From contig OZ240245.1 of NCBI GenBank assembly GCA_965198175.1, positions 4,160,001 to 4,224,000 on the forward strand: 64,000 nucleotides of DNA, read 5' to 3'. Of the stretch, positions 30,601 through 40,963 are shown piece after piece. Both the position numbers and the translations under genes were made by a program. Numbering within the stretch: position 1 is the first letter of the stretch; every line of letters starts with the position of its first letter. Below the pieces are notes generated by a model. It searched no databases, was not told the DNA's origin, and saw nothing but the letters and a program-made list of their open reading frames with translations. This stretch comes from Candidatus Poribacteria bacterium (GTDB lineage: Bacteria; Poribacteria; WGA-4E; PCPOR2b).

Positions 30601-31436
30601 CATTCCGCGGGGCATGTTGGCTGAACAAAAGACACGTGACCCGATGCGCCCATCGTGACAACCACGTCAGCACCCCTGATTTTCGCGTCCACCTCGGCGG
30701 ATTTCGATGTGCGATGTCGTTCGCCGAATTCATAGAACAATCGCAAGCGGTTCAGCCTGATACGGTTAATCCTGAAGATGTCAATTCGGATGGTGTCATC
30801 GACATCGCCGACCTAGTTATCGTCGGTATGCAATTCGGGCAGACGCCTCCTGAAAACCCCTCTGCTGATGTCAATGGGGATGGTACCGTTGATGTAACCG
30901 ATCTTGTTCAAGTCGGCGCACGCCTTGGCGAAAAAATAGCGGCGTCGTCAGCGCCGGGTAGAGTGTGGAGCAACTTGACCAAGCGTTCACAAACTCGACA
31001 GCCGATCTCGCTTCCACAAAGCGGAATCACTGCGGTCCAGAGCGCACTCGTCGAATTGGAAACGCTCACCGATCCATCGCCAGCCGCAGTAGTCGCACGA
31101 GATCTTCTCCACGCATGGTTAGCGCATCGCCAGAGCCCCGTCACCGAAACGAGACTCTTGCCTAACTACCCCAATCCGTTCAATCCGGAAACGTGGATCC
31201 CTTATCAATTAGCGTCCGATGCAGCGGTGGAAATCTCGATATACGACCTCCACGGCGCGTTAGTCCGCCAATTGAGGTTGGGGCATCAGAAGGCGGGATA
31301 TTATATCAATCGGGAACGAGCGGCGTATTGGGACGGCAGATCCGAGACTGGAGAGTGGGTTTCGAGTGGGCTGTATTTCTATCAACTTCGTGCCGGTGAC
31401 TTTACCTCGTTGAAGCGGATGGTCATCGTGAAGTAG
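27615..31436 (+). CDS. Large secreted multidomain protein: lyase-like N-terminal region, FGE-sulfatase domain, dockerin-like and FlgD-Ig-like tail
   Basis: Signal-like N-terminus; [44 protein letters not shown] and [27 protein letters not shown]. The lyase-like call for the first ~760 aa is tentative. Confidence 0.82.
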   Translation: MQPIERNNTAACKSSRFKLQTVLFTLLTLLFSTPFYLWAIPPLQHFYPRADFPNYADYIAFLEQFPTYAESEWHSGYQGDSQLGYFSNGVHDHNQMRVLANFIFVYALLAAEKAGDQVVSEISQGTLLNRARAALRYFTATHITGDKVCTDGVKWGAQPHQWLSPWVISKAVAGARLIWDELTQEETDAIRRVVVHEANYQLGNRVFSREYEDTQAELNALNAEVLAWATSLYPTHPNAERWLVKAQELFMNTFSVEADASDTTVADGKPVNQWVYTTNAHPDFTLEGHGAYQFDYIAVPLHSLAWAYYAFVSNGQPVPQSLFHHLKDVWDALKPTHLFSGRFAYFQGKDWARYVYGPYFILPALVLLENEFSDPDARLIEQLRFRALAWEQQQNSNGSIFGERFANQRQGWPLIYETDSYANMGLAYLLHQFAPLIDAENVYVYQKKVEGSFHSEYCQYLYARSEDLFVSFSWRHLSGHYPMVLFVPGDDDMVEWAKGNFIGNVVLKDADISPTPPLHNERLLEDGFVTTGHIREGRRGNVDGVDHYVSFTAMPKDGIAIIMEYLVARETIAVTTQAGLSYYLPNDIFNENIRHIHSVGDTVRLSGGSGPGEDITINSPWINIDDKLGIISVRNNGVFRIRPGKRNIWYGQISEQIDYILTSQPRLGAGRYEEGDIIREGGHLLICGDKDATKSMVSKLQWLSTSDSLVKAVKLVTDESDRLIVANFHPGPVNAEIPLYSGTGASMHLRSLDTIIHDGPLTEITHQKDDSTMVLVPKGEFFMGTSDSQLDEITGGNQTLRELFRHEQPQHTVYLDAFYIDKYEVTVAQFEKFVDATGYITDAERENWGFVWEGGHLWPQIQGANWKAPLGPGSTSLDKMNHPVVQVSYNDAVAYAKWAGKRLPTEAEWEKAARGTDGRIFPWGDEWDPKRLNSLELGPRTTTPVGSYPDGASPYGALDMVGNVWESVSDWYNHAYYSTSTQWSNPQGPAHGIHRAFRGACWLNKRHVTRCAHRDNHVSTPDFRVHLGGFRCAMSFAEFIEQSQAVQPDTVNPEDVNSDGVIDIADLVIVGMQFGQTPPENPSADVNGDGTVDVTDLVQVGARLGEKIAASSAPGRVWSNLTKRSQTRQPISLPQSGITAVQSALVELETLTDPSPAAVVARDLLHAWLAHRQSPVTETRLLPNYPNPFNPETWIPYQLASDAAVEISIYDLHGALVRQLRLGHQKAGYYINRERAAYWDGRSETGEWVSSGLYFYQLRAGDFTSLKRMVIVK

Positions 31437-31522
31437 GTATACTCACCCTCATTGTCTAGACGAGAATGAAGAAGATTTCAGGTTGAAATTGGACCTATTC
31501 GGTCAAGCTTCAACGCCGGGCA

Positions 31523-32461
31523 TTAACCAATAGTAAACCAAGCGATGTAAATACGAAAGCCAATACTTTCATATAGATTCATCGCTGCGGTTCGATAAAA
31601 CTCGGTGCCAACTTCCGTCACGGCAACGCCCCGGTCGTGCAGGTAATTTAGGGAGCTAACTACTAGAGCTCTGCCGAGTCCGATACCTCTGTGGTCTTTA
31701 CGGACGCCTGTCCAACCAACCCCGCCGGGGAACGTTCCGCCGATCTTTTTTCGATCATGCAGAACGATGCCCGCGCTGATACCGATAGGTTCTCCTCCCT
31801 TTTCAACAAAGAAGAACCCCTGCGGGGCAAAATCTAAACTCTTGTTGACACCCAAGAAGGTTTGGTTCCAGAACTCCTCCGCTTTCGATGAATCGCCAAA
31901 CGCCGCATTTCTGACATCCGCCCAAGTCTGCTCATCGCCGTCTCGAAATGTTCGCAGGTTATACCCCGCTTTAATTGAGGGCGGCTGCCGCGAATAGTTC
32001 TGCATGTCAAGCCGCAGGATAAGATGGACATGTTCAACTTCAATCCCGTCTAGTTCAAAATGGCTCAACATCTGACGATAAGGGGCATCCAGCCAGTTCT
32101 CCACACCGATCCGCTTTGCCCCGTTATCTCTCAGAAAGTTGATACATGCCTGCATCGGGTAAAGGCTGCGGCATTCGCCCCGGAGATCTTCGGGGACGCC
32201 CGCCCAGTGAATTTTTCCCTCTCCCGCCTCTACCATAGAACCGTAAGCAAAACTGACTAGCTTGCCATGCATAGAACCAAGCGCGAAGAAACCCGACTGC
32301 TCTAATGCGCTCAAATCAGCCTTCGTGAGCGGCTGAAATCCGCGCACAGTGGCGTAAGCGTCATTTATCAAGGATAGCGCTGCGTCTCGATTTTTTGTGT
32401 TCAGTTTTTCGACGCTTAGGTGATTCATTCGATACCACAGTGGTGACAATGCATGAATCAT
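31523..32461 (-). CDS. GNAT acetyltransferase (tandem-GNAT, MshD-like layout)
   Basis: GVRKDHRGIGLGRAL, AMNLYESIGF. Confidence 0.82.
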   Translation of the reverse strand: MIHALSPLWYRMNHLSVEKLNTKNRDAALSLINDAYATVRGFQPLTKADLSALEQSGFFALGSMHGKLVSFAYGSMVEAGEGKIHWAGVPEDLRGECRSLYPMQACINFLRDNGAKRIGVENWLDAPYRQMLSHFELDGIEVEHVHLILRLDMQNYSRQPPSIKAGYNLRTFRDGDEQTWADVRNAAFGDSSKAEEFWNQTFLGVNKSLDFAPQGFFFVEKGGEPIGISAGIVLHDRKKIGGTFPGGVGWTGVRKDHRGIGLGRALVVSSLNYLHDRGVAVTEVGTEFYRTAAMNLYESIGFRIYIAWFTIG

Positions 32462-32880
32462 GGATGTAGAAAAACCCCCAATTTAAGAAACATCAGGGGT
32501 TATCGTTCGTGATTTCGTTCCGTAGGTCACAGTCACTTCTGCAAAACAACATTGACGACAGATTCCATCGTCAGGATATCCCTTATTTTTAACCAATAGT
32601 GAACACCATCATTCCCTTGTTCATCGCAGGCGGATTTAATGGCAATTTTACCGTCTTCATGAAACTTGCAGGCTGAAGATGCCAGGACAAAACGATCTCC
32701 TCGTTGTTCATACACGGCAAAGCCAGTACCGGGGCAAGGGAGTTCCACTCCCCGCGCTTTCTTGTTGTGAGGCAGTTTCGCAAGATGTCTTTGTTTACCG
32801 GTGAAAGGTAGAAATTCTTTTGCTATGGAACATCACTCACAGTCAAGTGCCGCTGTAGAAGTTCTCGCACGTTTCAGGCA

Positions 32881-35295
32881 CTACTTGCCAGCTTGGATGA
32901 CGCGATCCACGAGCCCGCCGGATTGGCATGGTCCAGTGAGATCTGACCCTGCAACTGCCGCCGGTGCCCCCCAGAGCATCATGTTCTGATAATAATCGGC
33001 GCCGAATGCCTGCTGCCCGGTATCGGCATCGCCACGCACTGTATTCGGCATGTCCCAAGTATAACCCCATCGACAGACGATGTTATACATACATTTGTGG
33101 AGCAGTTCGAGACCAAAATCTTGCTGTCCTCCGTACATGAAGGTCATGGCAAGCATGTATAACTCCGGCGGGAAATAGCTATAGGTTCCGTAGCCGCCTA
33201 CCTTGGCAAGCGCCCCATCTGCATTCGTGTAGTTGAGAGCGCCGGACTGACTAAGCGCACAGTTAAATTTCTGTAGTGTCTGTAGTGTTTTATCTACACG
33301 ATCTTTGGGAAACGCACCGGGTACTCCGTGCCAGTCGGTAATCCACTGACCATCAAGCTGATAACCGAAGATAAGATCTGACTTCTGACCGGTTTCCGGC
33401 TCATTGAAGTTCAGATAATACTCTCCTGCCCAGAGGTGCTCTTCTAGCGCCGCTGCCCCAGCTTCGATCCAATCATCGCACTTCTTGAGATATTCATGAT
33501 CGTTCATCGCCTCCGCCATACGGTACATGATTCTCACTTGAGCGAGTCGAACGGCTCCGGCATGGGTCACATACCCTTTCCAGCCGGGATCGGGTGCTTC
33601 AAACCATTCCGTATCGCCCAAACCGTGTGAGTCTGTACCTGGGGTTGGCATCGCAATGACCTGCGACAGTCCATACGCTTGCCTCAAGTTCATCGAAAAA
33701 TCGTTGCAACGCTTGAGTGAATCCCAGAACTCCTCAAGCATACTATCATCTCCCGAGGCTCGCCAAATCCGATCTGCCATAATAATGTAGCACGCTCCGT
33801 TAAGTACAGTCTGGTATCCGACATCGGGTTTGCTTAGTTCATAAGGCGGCCGATTCCCTTCATCAATGGCGGTGACACCGCCAAAAATCCAGGGCGGTCG
33901 TCCGTCCTCATACTGGTATGCCTTCTGCCCGCGTAAGGTCGATAAGGCGGCTTCAGGAAAGAAATAGACCAATGGTATATTCCCGTAGAAACTACAGGGA
34001 AGACATTCAATTTGCGGACAGCCTCGGGGACACTCGTTTAATCCGAAAACGCCGTCATCGGATTTGCACCAGTCGCCGATTGGCGCCTTGGCTTGACCCC
34101 AAATACTGCATTCGGGAATAAGGTAAAGGTTGTTAATCAATGAATCTGCAAGCCAGCCCGGAATCGTGGGGTCTTGGTAAACAACTTCCTGCCAGGAGAT
34201 TATTCTTTGTAGCAGCGACTCGCCGTCACTTGCTAACAACTTGGCAGTCGTTAGTGCGTCCGTGTGGTGTTTGGCATACATGTGTGTGAGCAGGTTCGTA
34301 TTTGAATGGGATGGCGCCCCACCCGCTCTCCAGTGCGGTGCGTGCCACGCTAGCACCAAACGGTAAGTTTTGGTTTCGCCAGCGCCGAGATCAAAATCGA
34401 ACGCCAGAGACGCGCCAGTTTCACCCATGCCGGTATGTGGAAGTTGCTCTGCAATATTAGCCCATGCGCCACCGTCCGCGTTCAGCGGTCCACCGCAACG
34501 AGTTACACCTTCCTCAATTGCCGCTAAGACATACGCCATCTCCCATGCGTCGTCCTCCACACCGCTCTCCACGTGCAAGCCGTTCAACTCGCCCTGCAGC
34601 ACCTGGCGGCGAACTTGCCCTTCGGCATTCCCCTCGGCAGACAGTTCAAAACCGGGAAAACTGAAGACGAGCGTGCCTTTTTTGTCCGCACTGCCAGGAT
34701 TGCGCACCGTGAGCTCAAAAACGGCGCCGGGCGCCATGGAAATGGCTGTGTCGCCGGGGATGAACGGCGACCATGCACGCATGCCAACTTCCACGGAGGC
34801 ACTCGTGTTGAATTCCATATCAACAATCGGGTAATGTCCCCAATAGTCGATGGAGTCAGCGATTTCCACCCCCTCCAGCTCAATATCAGTAAAACGGGGG
34901 GTGTAGTCGATTGGGGGGAACGTAGCAATACTCTCGCTGTCCTTCGGCGTATAATCCTTGCCCAGTGTATCCGAAATTAGCACCCAAGTCCTATCTTCGC
35001 TATGCAACCCCAAAAAGGGGAGGTTTAGCAGAAGGCGGGGATTGACCAAGTGATTGAAGATTGTACTGTAACCCAGCATCCCATTGGACTCGATATCAAT
35101 ACAGCCAGTGTCGAGACCTCCCAACGGCATACCGCACGTGGGACGGGGGTCGCCCCGATAAATTACGCCGGTCACGGGCTTCGCATACCCCTCAGCTTGA
35201 AACTCGTGCCACCTAGCGTGAAGCAGGTGGGACGGAAACAACCGATTCCCGGAGTTCGCAGCACGTTGGGAATCATCATTGTGATATTGTGTCAT
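32881..35295 (-). CDS. GH116 (GBA2 / non-lysosomal glucosylceramidase-like) glycoside hydrolase
   Basis: GMPLGGLDTG, AWSPFIPG, LWAGEYY, QLDGQW, C-terminal YYQNMMLW. Confidence 0.8.
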   Translation of the reverse strand: MTQYHNDDSQRAANSGNRLFPSHLLHARWHEFQAEGYAKPVTGVIYRGDPRPTCGMPLGGLDTGCIDIESNGMLGYSTIFNHLVNPRLLLNLPFLGLHSEDRTWVLISDTLGKDYTPKDSESIATFPPIDYTPRFTDIELEGVEIADSIDYWGHYPIVDMEFNTSASVEVGMRAWSPFIPGDTAISMAPGAVFELTVRNPGSADKKGTLVFSFPGFELSAEGNAEGQVRRQVLQGELNGLHVESGVEDDAWEMAYVLAAIEEGVTRCGGPLNADGGAWANIAEQLPHTGMGETGASLAFDFDLGAGETKTYRLVLAWHAPHWRAGGAPSHSNTNLLTHMYAKHHTDALTTAKLLASDGESLLQRIISWQEVVYQDPTIPGWLADSLINNLYLIPECSIWGQAKAPIGDWCKSDDGVFGLNECPRGCPQIECLPCSFYGNIPLVYFFPEAALSTLRGQKAYQYEDGRPPWIFGGVTAIDEGNRPPYELSKPDVGYQTVLNGACYIIMADRIWRASGDDSMLEEFWDSLKRCNDFSMNLRQAYGLSQVIAMPTPGTDSHGLGDTEWFEAPDPGWKGYVTHAGAVRLAQVRIMYRMAEAMNDHEYLKKCDDWIEAGAAALEEHLWAGEYYLNFNEPETGQKSDLIFGYQLDGQWITDWHGVPGAFPKDRVDKTLQTLQKFNCALSQSGALNYTNADGALAKVGGYGTYSYFPPELYMLAMTFMYGGQQDFGLELLHKCMYNIVCRWGYTWDMPNTVRGDADTGQQAFGADYYQNMMLWGAPAAVAGSDLTGPCQSGGLVDRVIQAGK

Positions 35296-35454
35296 TGCAT
35301 CACCTCAATATTATTTGGAAATGCAGCGTAAGCCCGAACGGTTTTTCAAGCCCTTTCGGTTTCAACTAAACTTAACGGAGTGATATTATGAAATTACATT
35401 CAATAGCTTTGAAATTGGATTTATGACATAGAATGTTGATTAATTCCTGTTCCG

Positions 35455-36279
35455 TTACTCGGAGCGTAGGCGCAGTTGATACAGGTCGTGTTCCCGAATC
35501 GTCTCCGCGCGCTCCACAATTTGTTCAAAATCTTCGTTATACGAGACGATGCGACCGGATAAGGCAGGACAGGAGTGCTCAATAATTTTTGCGACAGCTA
35601 GAGCAACATCTTCAGCAGCGTGATCTTGACCGAGGGAAAGGCCTTTTTTGACGTGAGGGAGCCAACGTTGTCCTTGTTCGGCGTTCGCTAAGATTTCAGT
35701 CATTTCGGAACGGACGAATCCCGGCCACAGACCATAAACCTGAATGTCATACTCATCCCCTAATTCGGACGCCAAGGTATCGGTCATCCGCATGAGCCCG
35801 GCGCTGGCACTTGCATAACCCGTCCCTCCTACGTTGGGCTGGTCGTACCCGCCCCCAGCCATATTCATGATGATTCCCCTGTTTTCCTTCATCATGTGGG
35901 GAAGAACGGCGTGGCAGCAGAGAAATCCGCCGAACAGCTTTGTCTTGACATCCGCCCACCAAGAGTCCGGGTCAACTTCCCACAATCCACCAATGCCATG
36001 GAAGACAGCAGCGTTGTTTACGAGAACATCTATCTTTCCGAAAGCGTTCAGGGTCTGCTCCACCATCCGCTCCACCTGATTCCTGTCAGTTACATCAGTT
36101 GGCACAGAAAGCGCAACCCCACCCTCCGACTTAATTGTATCAACCGTCTCGCGGAGTCGAGCCTCACTACGAGCTGTACAGACCACCTGTGCTCCACGCC
36201 CGGCTAGCTCAATGGCGATTGCACGACCGATTCCAACGCTGCTCCCTGTAACAATCGCAGATATTCCGTCTACTTTCAT
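35455..36279 (-). CDS. SDR-family oxidoreductase with atypical catalytic motif
   Basis: TGSSVGIG, NNAA, PGFVRS. YASAS in place of YxxxK. GGAG RBS before ATG 36279. Confidence 0.85.
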   Translation of the reverse strand: MKVDGISAIVTGSSVGIGRAIAIELAGRGAQVVCTARSEARLRETVDTIKSEGGVALSVPTDVTDRNQVERMVEQTLNAFGKIDVLVNNAAVFHGIGGLWEVDPDSWWADVKTKLFGGFLCCHAVLPHMMKENRGIIMNMAGGGYDQPNVGGTGYASASAGLMRMTDTLASELGDEYDIQVYGLWPGFVRSEMTEILANAEQGQRWLPHVKKGLSLGQDHAAEDVALAVAKIIEHSCPALSGRIVSYNEDFEQIVERAETIREHDLYQLRLRSE

Positions 36280-36469
36280 CAGGTACTCCCTTAGGTCCTC
36301 AGAAGATGTGCGTACCGATTTTCTTTGCAAAATCTGATTGAAAATGGGGATTTTGGTGACCTCCCGACGCGCCCTCGTCAGTTATCCATGTACACCCCAA
36401 GTTTTGGGCAGTGGGACGATTCCCTCTCATCAAATGCTGCACCATTTGCACAATCATCATTGATGCGGA

Positions 36470-36498
36470 ATTATACATCGAATCAAGAGTTATGTCAA
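36470..36498 (-). promoter_or_regulatory. Consensus sigma-70 promoter for the SDR/GH116 unit
   Basis: Minus strand TTGACA-N17-TATAAT, a perfect consensus. Confidence 0.75.
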
Positions 36499-36569
36499 GA
36501 TGTAGCATTTGCATCAATCCGGCGAAATAATCAGGTATGCGGTATTCCGTTCCGCGTCATATCTTTACC

Positions 36570-36598
36570 TTGACAGAGTTTTCGGCTTTTGCTATGAT
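36570..36598 (+). promoter_or_regulatory. Sigma-70 promoter, divergent from the previous one
   Basis: TTGACA-N17-TATGAT with extended TG. Confidence 0.7.
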
Positions 36599-36661
36599 AT
36601 TTTAGTGTCTTTTCGCCATGCTAAAAGCCATGGCTCTGCTTCGAAGAAAGCTAGGAGAGAT

Positions 36662-38503
36662 ATGAAAATTCAGAAAATCGCGTTAAGTTTTGTTTGGGTG
36701 TTGACGATTCAGATACATGCTCATGCCGATGCTTTTCTGTCCCACACATCAGGGAATGTCCAAGTATCTGTATCAGACTTTGGTTCATTGGGGGCAATTC
36801 GAGATGGGAGTCTCACCTCGAACTTCAGGTTTCCAAAAACCGAGGATATCCATTATCTACAAGGACAATCTGAGATCTGGATTGGCGATTTGAACGGGAA
36901 CGTGGCAAATGTATGGGAGTTCACAGACCGGTTTCTTTTGGGTGAATGGGCGACTACCCAATCGGGGGCAATCAATAAGGTCGTGGAAACTGATGGCCGA
37001 GAAATTATCACCTCTCAATATATTTCGACACGTAATTCAGACTTCCCGCTCAATCTTTTGGTCGATCAACAGAGTTTTTCTTGGAGCACCAACAACTACC
37101 CTGATGCAGACGATTTCATCGTGATTAAGCTAATCATTACCAATAATAGTAACAACCATCTCAGCAACATCTATGTCGCTATGATGACAAATTGGGACGT
37201 TGATGAAACAGACCCCGCCGCAGGACAGTTGAGCCGGGATTGGGTGGATTGGGACGAAAGTCGTCAATCGTTATTGACTTACGATGGAGACGATACAGAT
37301 GGAATCAATCCAGCGCACATGGGGCTGTCCCTGCTTGATGGGAAATTAAGCGTCCAACAAATTGTTCCATTTTTTGACCCTAGTGGCCAGATTTTCAGCT
37401 CCATCTTCGTTGATTCCAATAGATCAGTGTTGATGGCACCTCCCACTTTTTTTGCCTCGAGCCAACAGGATATAGAAGGGTTGGGGTTCCCACCTTGGGA
37501 TTACGTGTCAATCATCTCAGCAGGGCCTTACGACATCCGAGCGAAAAAGTTTATTACTGTCACCTTTGCCCTCGTTGGAGGTGAGAATCTCCTAGATCTC
37601 CAGAGGAACATTGATGCCGCACGACGCATCAGTTTTGCGCCGCAAGGTCTGAAAGCGGAGATCACACCTGATGGAGTTACATTAAAATGGGAGGCATCAA
37701 TTAACCCAAGTGTAGTCGGCTACGCACTCTTGAGACGAACCGCAGAAGAACAGAATTTTCAGCAGCTCAAAATAGTAGGCGGGATTTCCTCGGATGATAC
37801 AGAAATCGATCGATATGGGGTTGAACATATCTATAAACTTCGCCCTGTCGATATAAACGGACGACCGTTTGAATTTGACTCACCGGAGGTTCGTATCATC
37901 CCTAATCTCATGCCGGATGCACCCGAAGGCTTAACAGCAACGCTTAGTGGCGACCGCGTCACACTCAACTGGAAAAAATCTACTGAGCCGTTTGCAGGAT
38001 ACATAATTAATCGCAACCACACAGGACAGTCCCCATGGACACCGATTGCATCCGTCCCACCCGAAAATACTAGCTTTGTTGATATCAACGTCTATCCCGG
38101 TTTCAAGTATTTCTACGCGATTAACGCGACGAATCAATTTGATGGACGAAGCAATTTCTCTGCCTCCGTGAGCATCGTTATTCCTGAAGAAACGAGTGTC
38201 ACCACCGCATTGGACCTGGGAAATGTGGTTGTTGTTCCGAACCCGTATCGTCGCAGTGCAGATGCCAATCATCTTGAATTTCGCAACTTGACCCGCCACG
38301 CTACGATTCGCATATACGACAGTATAGGGAATCTCATCAAGCTAATTGATCGCACCAAAGAGGGGCACGTTGAACATTGGGATGGGCGGAATGACGAAGG
38401 CGAGCTAATCTCCCCAGGGGTTTACGTCTACCACGTTGAAGCGCCAAAAGCGGCAGGGAGAGGAAAGATTTCATCCAGCGGCAAATTTGCTGTGGTTCGG
38501 TGA
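36662..38503 (+). CDS. Secreted protein with two fibronectin type III-like domains and a FlgD-Ig-like C-terminus
   Basis: AGGAG RBS, signal peptide ending AHA-D, APQGLKA..TLKW and PDAPEGLTA..TLNW, VVPNPY...WDGRNDEGELISPGVYVY. Confidence 0.8.
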   Translation: MKIQKIALSFVWVLTIQIHAHADAFLSHTSGNVQVSVSDFGSLGAIRDGSLTSNFRFPKTEDIHYLQGQSEIWIGDLNGNVANVWEFTDRFLLGEWATTQSGAINKVVETDGREIITSQYISTRNSDFPLNLLVDQQSFSWSTNNYPDADDFIVIKLIITNNSNNHLSNIYVAMMTNWDVDETDPAAGQLSRDWVDWDESRQSLLTYDGDDTDGINPAHMGLSLLDGKLSVQQIVPFFDPSGQIFSSIFVDSNRSVLMAPPTFFASSQQDIEGLGFPPWDYVSIISAGPYDIRAKKFITVTFALVGGENLLDLQRNIDAARRISFAPQGLKAEITPDGVTLKWEASINPSVVGYALLRRTAEEQNFQQLKIVGGISSDDTEIDRYGVEHIYKLRPVDINGRPFEFDSPEVRIIPNLMPDAPEGLTATLSGDRVTLNWKKSTEPFAGYIINRNHTGQSPWTPIASVPPENTSFVDINVYPGFKYFYAINATNQFDGRSNFSASVSIVIPEETSVTTALDLGNVVVVPNPYRRSADANHLEFRNLTRHATIRIYDSIGNLIKLIDRTKEGHVEHWDGRNDEGELISPGVYVYHVEAPKAAGRGKISSSGKFAVVR

Positions 38504-38915
38504 TGTGCAGCACTGACTACCTGACTTGTGATTAGACAATTTCAGAATTGCACGTAGACCGGATTTCTAAGGGCTTATCTCTATGAATTTAGCGAGAATT
38601 GACCCATGAGAGTCGTCTGCGGCGAACGGGGATGTGGCAATCGATTGCGGATTTCGGATTTAGCTGCCAAGAAAACTTTCTACTGAAAGATGGTTTACAA
38701 CAGAAAGTTTTGGGCTTGATTCGATTTCGGTATTGTGCTAGAATGTATAGCAGGTACATCTCTAGCGAATGAACGGGCAATTTTAAGGCACACAACTGGA
38801 AAAATCGATGGAATGATAGAGCTTGTGTGCGGAAGGTATTTAGGGATCGCTCTCTTTTCTCAATCGTATTCGGTCCATCTATCATCCAACATCCAATCTG
38901 AAATGGAGGTCTACG

Positions 38916-40307
38916 ATGCAACAGCAAGATGATTCAGAATTCGTGAAATACCTGAAGAAACAAGAAAGGCTTTCAAATCTAAGCAAACATAGAAGCGTTT
39001 TGACGGTGCTAGTGGCACTAACCCTCCTGGCAATACCGACGCTTGCGTTGGCAAACGATGAACTCAACTCAGGCGACACGGCCTGGATGCTTACTTCAAC
39101 CGCACTGGTACTGTTCATGACGATTCCCGGTCTTGCGCTTTTCTACGGTGGTCTGGTGCGCACGAAAAATGTCCTGTCGGTGTTGATGCAGTGTTTTGCG
39201 CTGACCGGACTGATGACCATTTTATGGCTCGTGTGTAACTACAGTCTTGCATTTGATGCAAAAGGTATGGAAGGCGGAACAGTCAACCTCCATTCATTTG
39301 TGGGAAGTTTAAGTAAGAGTTTTCTCCGCGGCATATCGGTAGACACCCTATCCGACAGTATTCCGGAGACTGTCTTTGTAATGTTCCAGTTGACCTTTGC
39401 CATTATCACGCCGGCGCTTATTGCAGGCGCATTTGCAGAGCGCATGAAGTTTTCTGCGATGCTCTGGTTTATGGGAATCTGGTCTATCGTCGTATATGCA
39501 CCGCTGTGTCACATGGCTTGGAGCGGCGACGGCTCTTTCTTCGGAAATATTTTAGGCGCTCTCGACTTTGCTGGCGGAACAGTGGTGCACATCAATGCGG
39601 GAATCGCCGCGCTGGTCGCAGCACTCGTAATCGGCAAACGGCGCGGCTTTCCGGATAGACCAATGCCGCCTCACAGCCTGACATTAACCGTAGTTGGGGC
39701 TTCGATGCTCTGGGTCGGTTGGTTTGGTTTCAACGCAGGTAGCGCCTTGGCTGCGGACGGTTTAGCTGGTAGTGCGATGCTTGTTACTCAGATCTCCACA
39801 GCGACAGCCGCACTAACCTGGATGTTCGTCGAGTGGGCAAGGCACGGTAAGCCAAGCGTACTCGGTATCGTTACCGGCGCCGTAGCCGGTCTTGTGGCGA
39901 TTACACCCGCTTCTGGTTTTGTTGGTCCAATCGGTGCACTAGTCATCGGTATAGCATCGGGGGCAATCTGCTACTGGGGCGCCACCAGCCTCAAGCAATC
40001 ACTTGGCTACGATGATTCTCTTGACGCCTTTGGCGTCCACGGCATCGGCGGGATTGTCGGTTGCTTGTTAACCGGTGTGTTCGTCGCTAAAGGGTTGGGC
40101 GGCGGCGGCCTTGCTGATGGCATGACCATCGCAAAGCAAATCGGCGCTCAGTTCATCAGCGTTGTCTTTACCCTAATCTATTCTGGGGTGCTCTCTTTCA
40201 TCATTCTCAAGATTATTGATGCCACAGTTGGGTTGCGTGTCGATCTAGAAGAAGAACTTGAAGGTCTTGATCTCACGCTGCATAACGAACGGGGATACAA
40301 CCCGTAG
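38916..40307 (+). CDS. amtB: Ammonium transporter
   Basis: GDTAWML, FQLTFAIITPALI, DFAGGTVVH, WFGFNAGS, GLVAITP, DAFGVHG. Confidence 0.96.
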   Translation: MQQQDDSEFVKYLKKQERLSNLSKHRSVLTVLVALTLLAIPTLALANDELNSGDTAWMLTSTALVLFMTIPGLALFYGGLVRTKNVLSVLMQCFALTGLMTILWLVCNYSLAFDAKGMEGGTVNLHSFVGSLSKSFLRGISVDTLSDSIPETVFVMFQLTFAIITPALIAGAFAERMKFSAMLWFMGIWSIVVYAPLCHMAWSGDGSFFGNILGALDFAGGTVVHINAGIAALVAALVIGKRRGFPDRPMPPHSLTLTVVGASMLWVGWFGFNAGSALAADGLAGSAMLVTQISTATAALTWMFVEWARHGKPSVLGIVTGAVAGLVAITPASGFVGPIGALVIGIASGAICYWGATSLKQSLGYDDSLDAFGVHGIGGIVGCLLTGVFVAKGLGGGGLADGMTIAKQIGAQFISVVFTLIYSGVLSFIILKIIDATVGLRVDLEEELEGLDLTLHNERGYNP

Positions 40308-40479
40308 CTGAGAATCTTTGGAGGCGATGAAGGACCGAAGAATGGGAAGATGTTCCTTTTTCCCTCTTCTTCCCCGCTCCGCTTCTCAGTGCGATATTCC
40401 ATCTCAGCCGATATAAGCCTGATTGTAGCGACGTGCTTGGTGAACCCCTGCGGCAACTAAAGAACCCCACCTCGTTACG

Positions 40480-40863
40480 ATGAATGCACATAACACAGTA
40501 AAAACCTACTTTGATGCGCTTGTCACGGGGGATGCCCCGCGACTCATAGAGATGATGTCATCGGCAGATTACTACGTGAAAATCGGGACGCAGGTTGGTG
40601 AGTCTGTTGAGGGAAACGAAAACGCGATTGATTACTATAAACACCACGTTGCAAGCACAACGGATTTCACAATCACGTTTGAACATCTCGACATCCAGGA
40701 GCGGGAAAGTGTCGCATGGTTTTATACACGGCAGGTTTGGTGCCTGAAATGGAAGGGTGTATTTGAGAAGCTATCAATGCGTATGACTGGTGTACTAGAG
40801 AAAGAAAATGGGAACTGGAGGTTTGTACAAATCCACGCCTCAGTGGGGTTCCCTTCCGAATAA
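40480..40863 (+). CDS. SnoaL/NTF2-like protein
   Basis: RMTGVLEKENGNWRFVQIHAS C-terminal pattern. Confidence 0.8.
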   Translation: MNAHNTVKTYFDALVTGDAPRLIEMMSSADYYVKIGTQVGESVEGNENAIDYYKHHVASTTDFTITFEHLDIQERESVAWFYTRQVWCLKWKGVFEKLSMRMTGVLEKENGNWRFVQIHASVGFPSE

Positions 40864-40963
40864 ATTCATTCCGGGAATATGGGAGGAGGGGAAGAATTTT
40901 TTCTTCTCCTCCTTGCTACTTGAAGACTTCATTATACCGATATTGACTCCAGGAGACCTGCTT

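Noticed and set aside
10731..30730. FGE/CLec-fold domains as diversity-generating retroelement targets
   Set aside because: No reverse transcriptase and no template repeat differing at adenines seen in the window. A remote DGR cannot be excluded.
32533..32748. 71-aa minus-strand ORF between GH116 and the GNAT gene
   Set aside because: No clear RBS or family; it may be a gene fragment but I cannot support a call.
36405..36445. Cobalamin riboswitch in the SDR leader (AGGGAA...CCCACTG on the minus strand)
   Set aside because: Only fragments of the consensus are present; the intervening stems and B12 box are missing, and the downstream gene does not fit.
38635..38648. Sigma-54 promoter upstream of amtB (TGGCAATCGATTGC)
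   Set aside because: GG-to-GC spacing is 9 rather than 10. It is only a 12-bp palindrome that I cannot assign.
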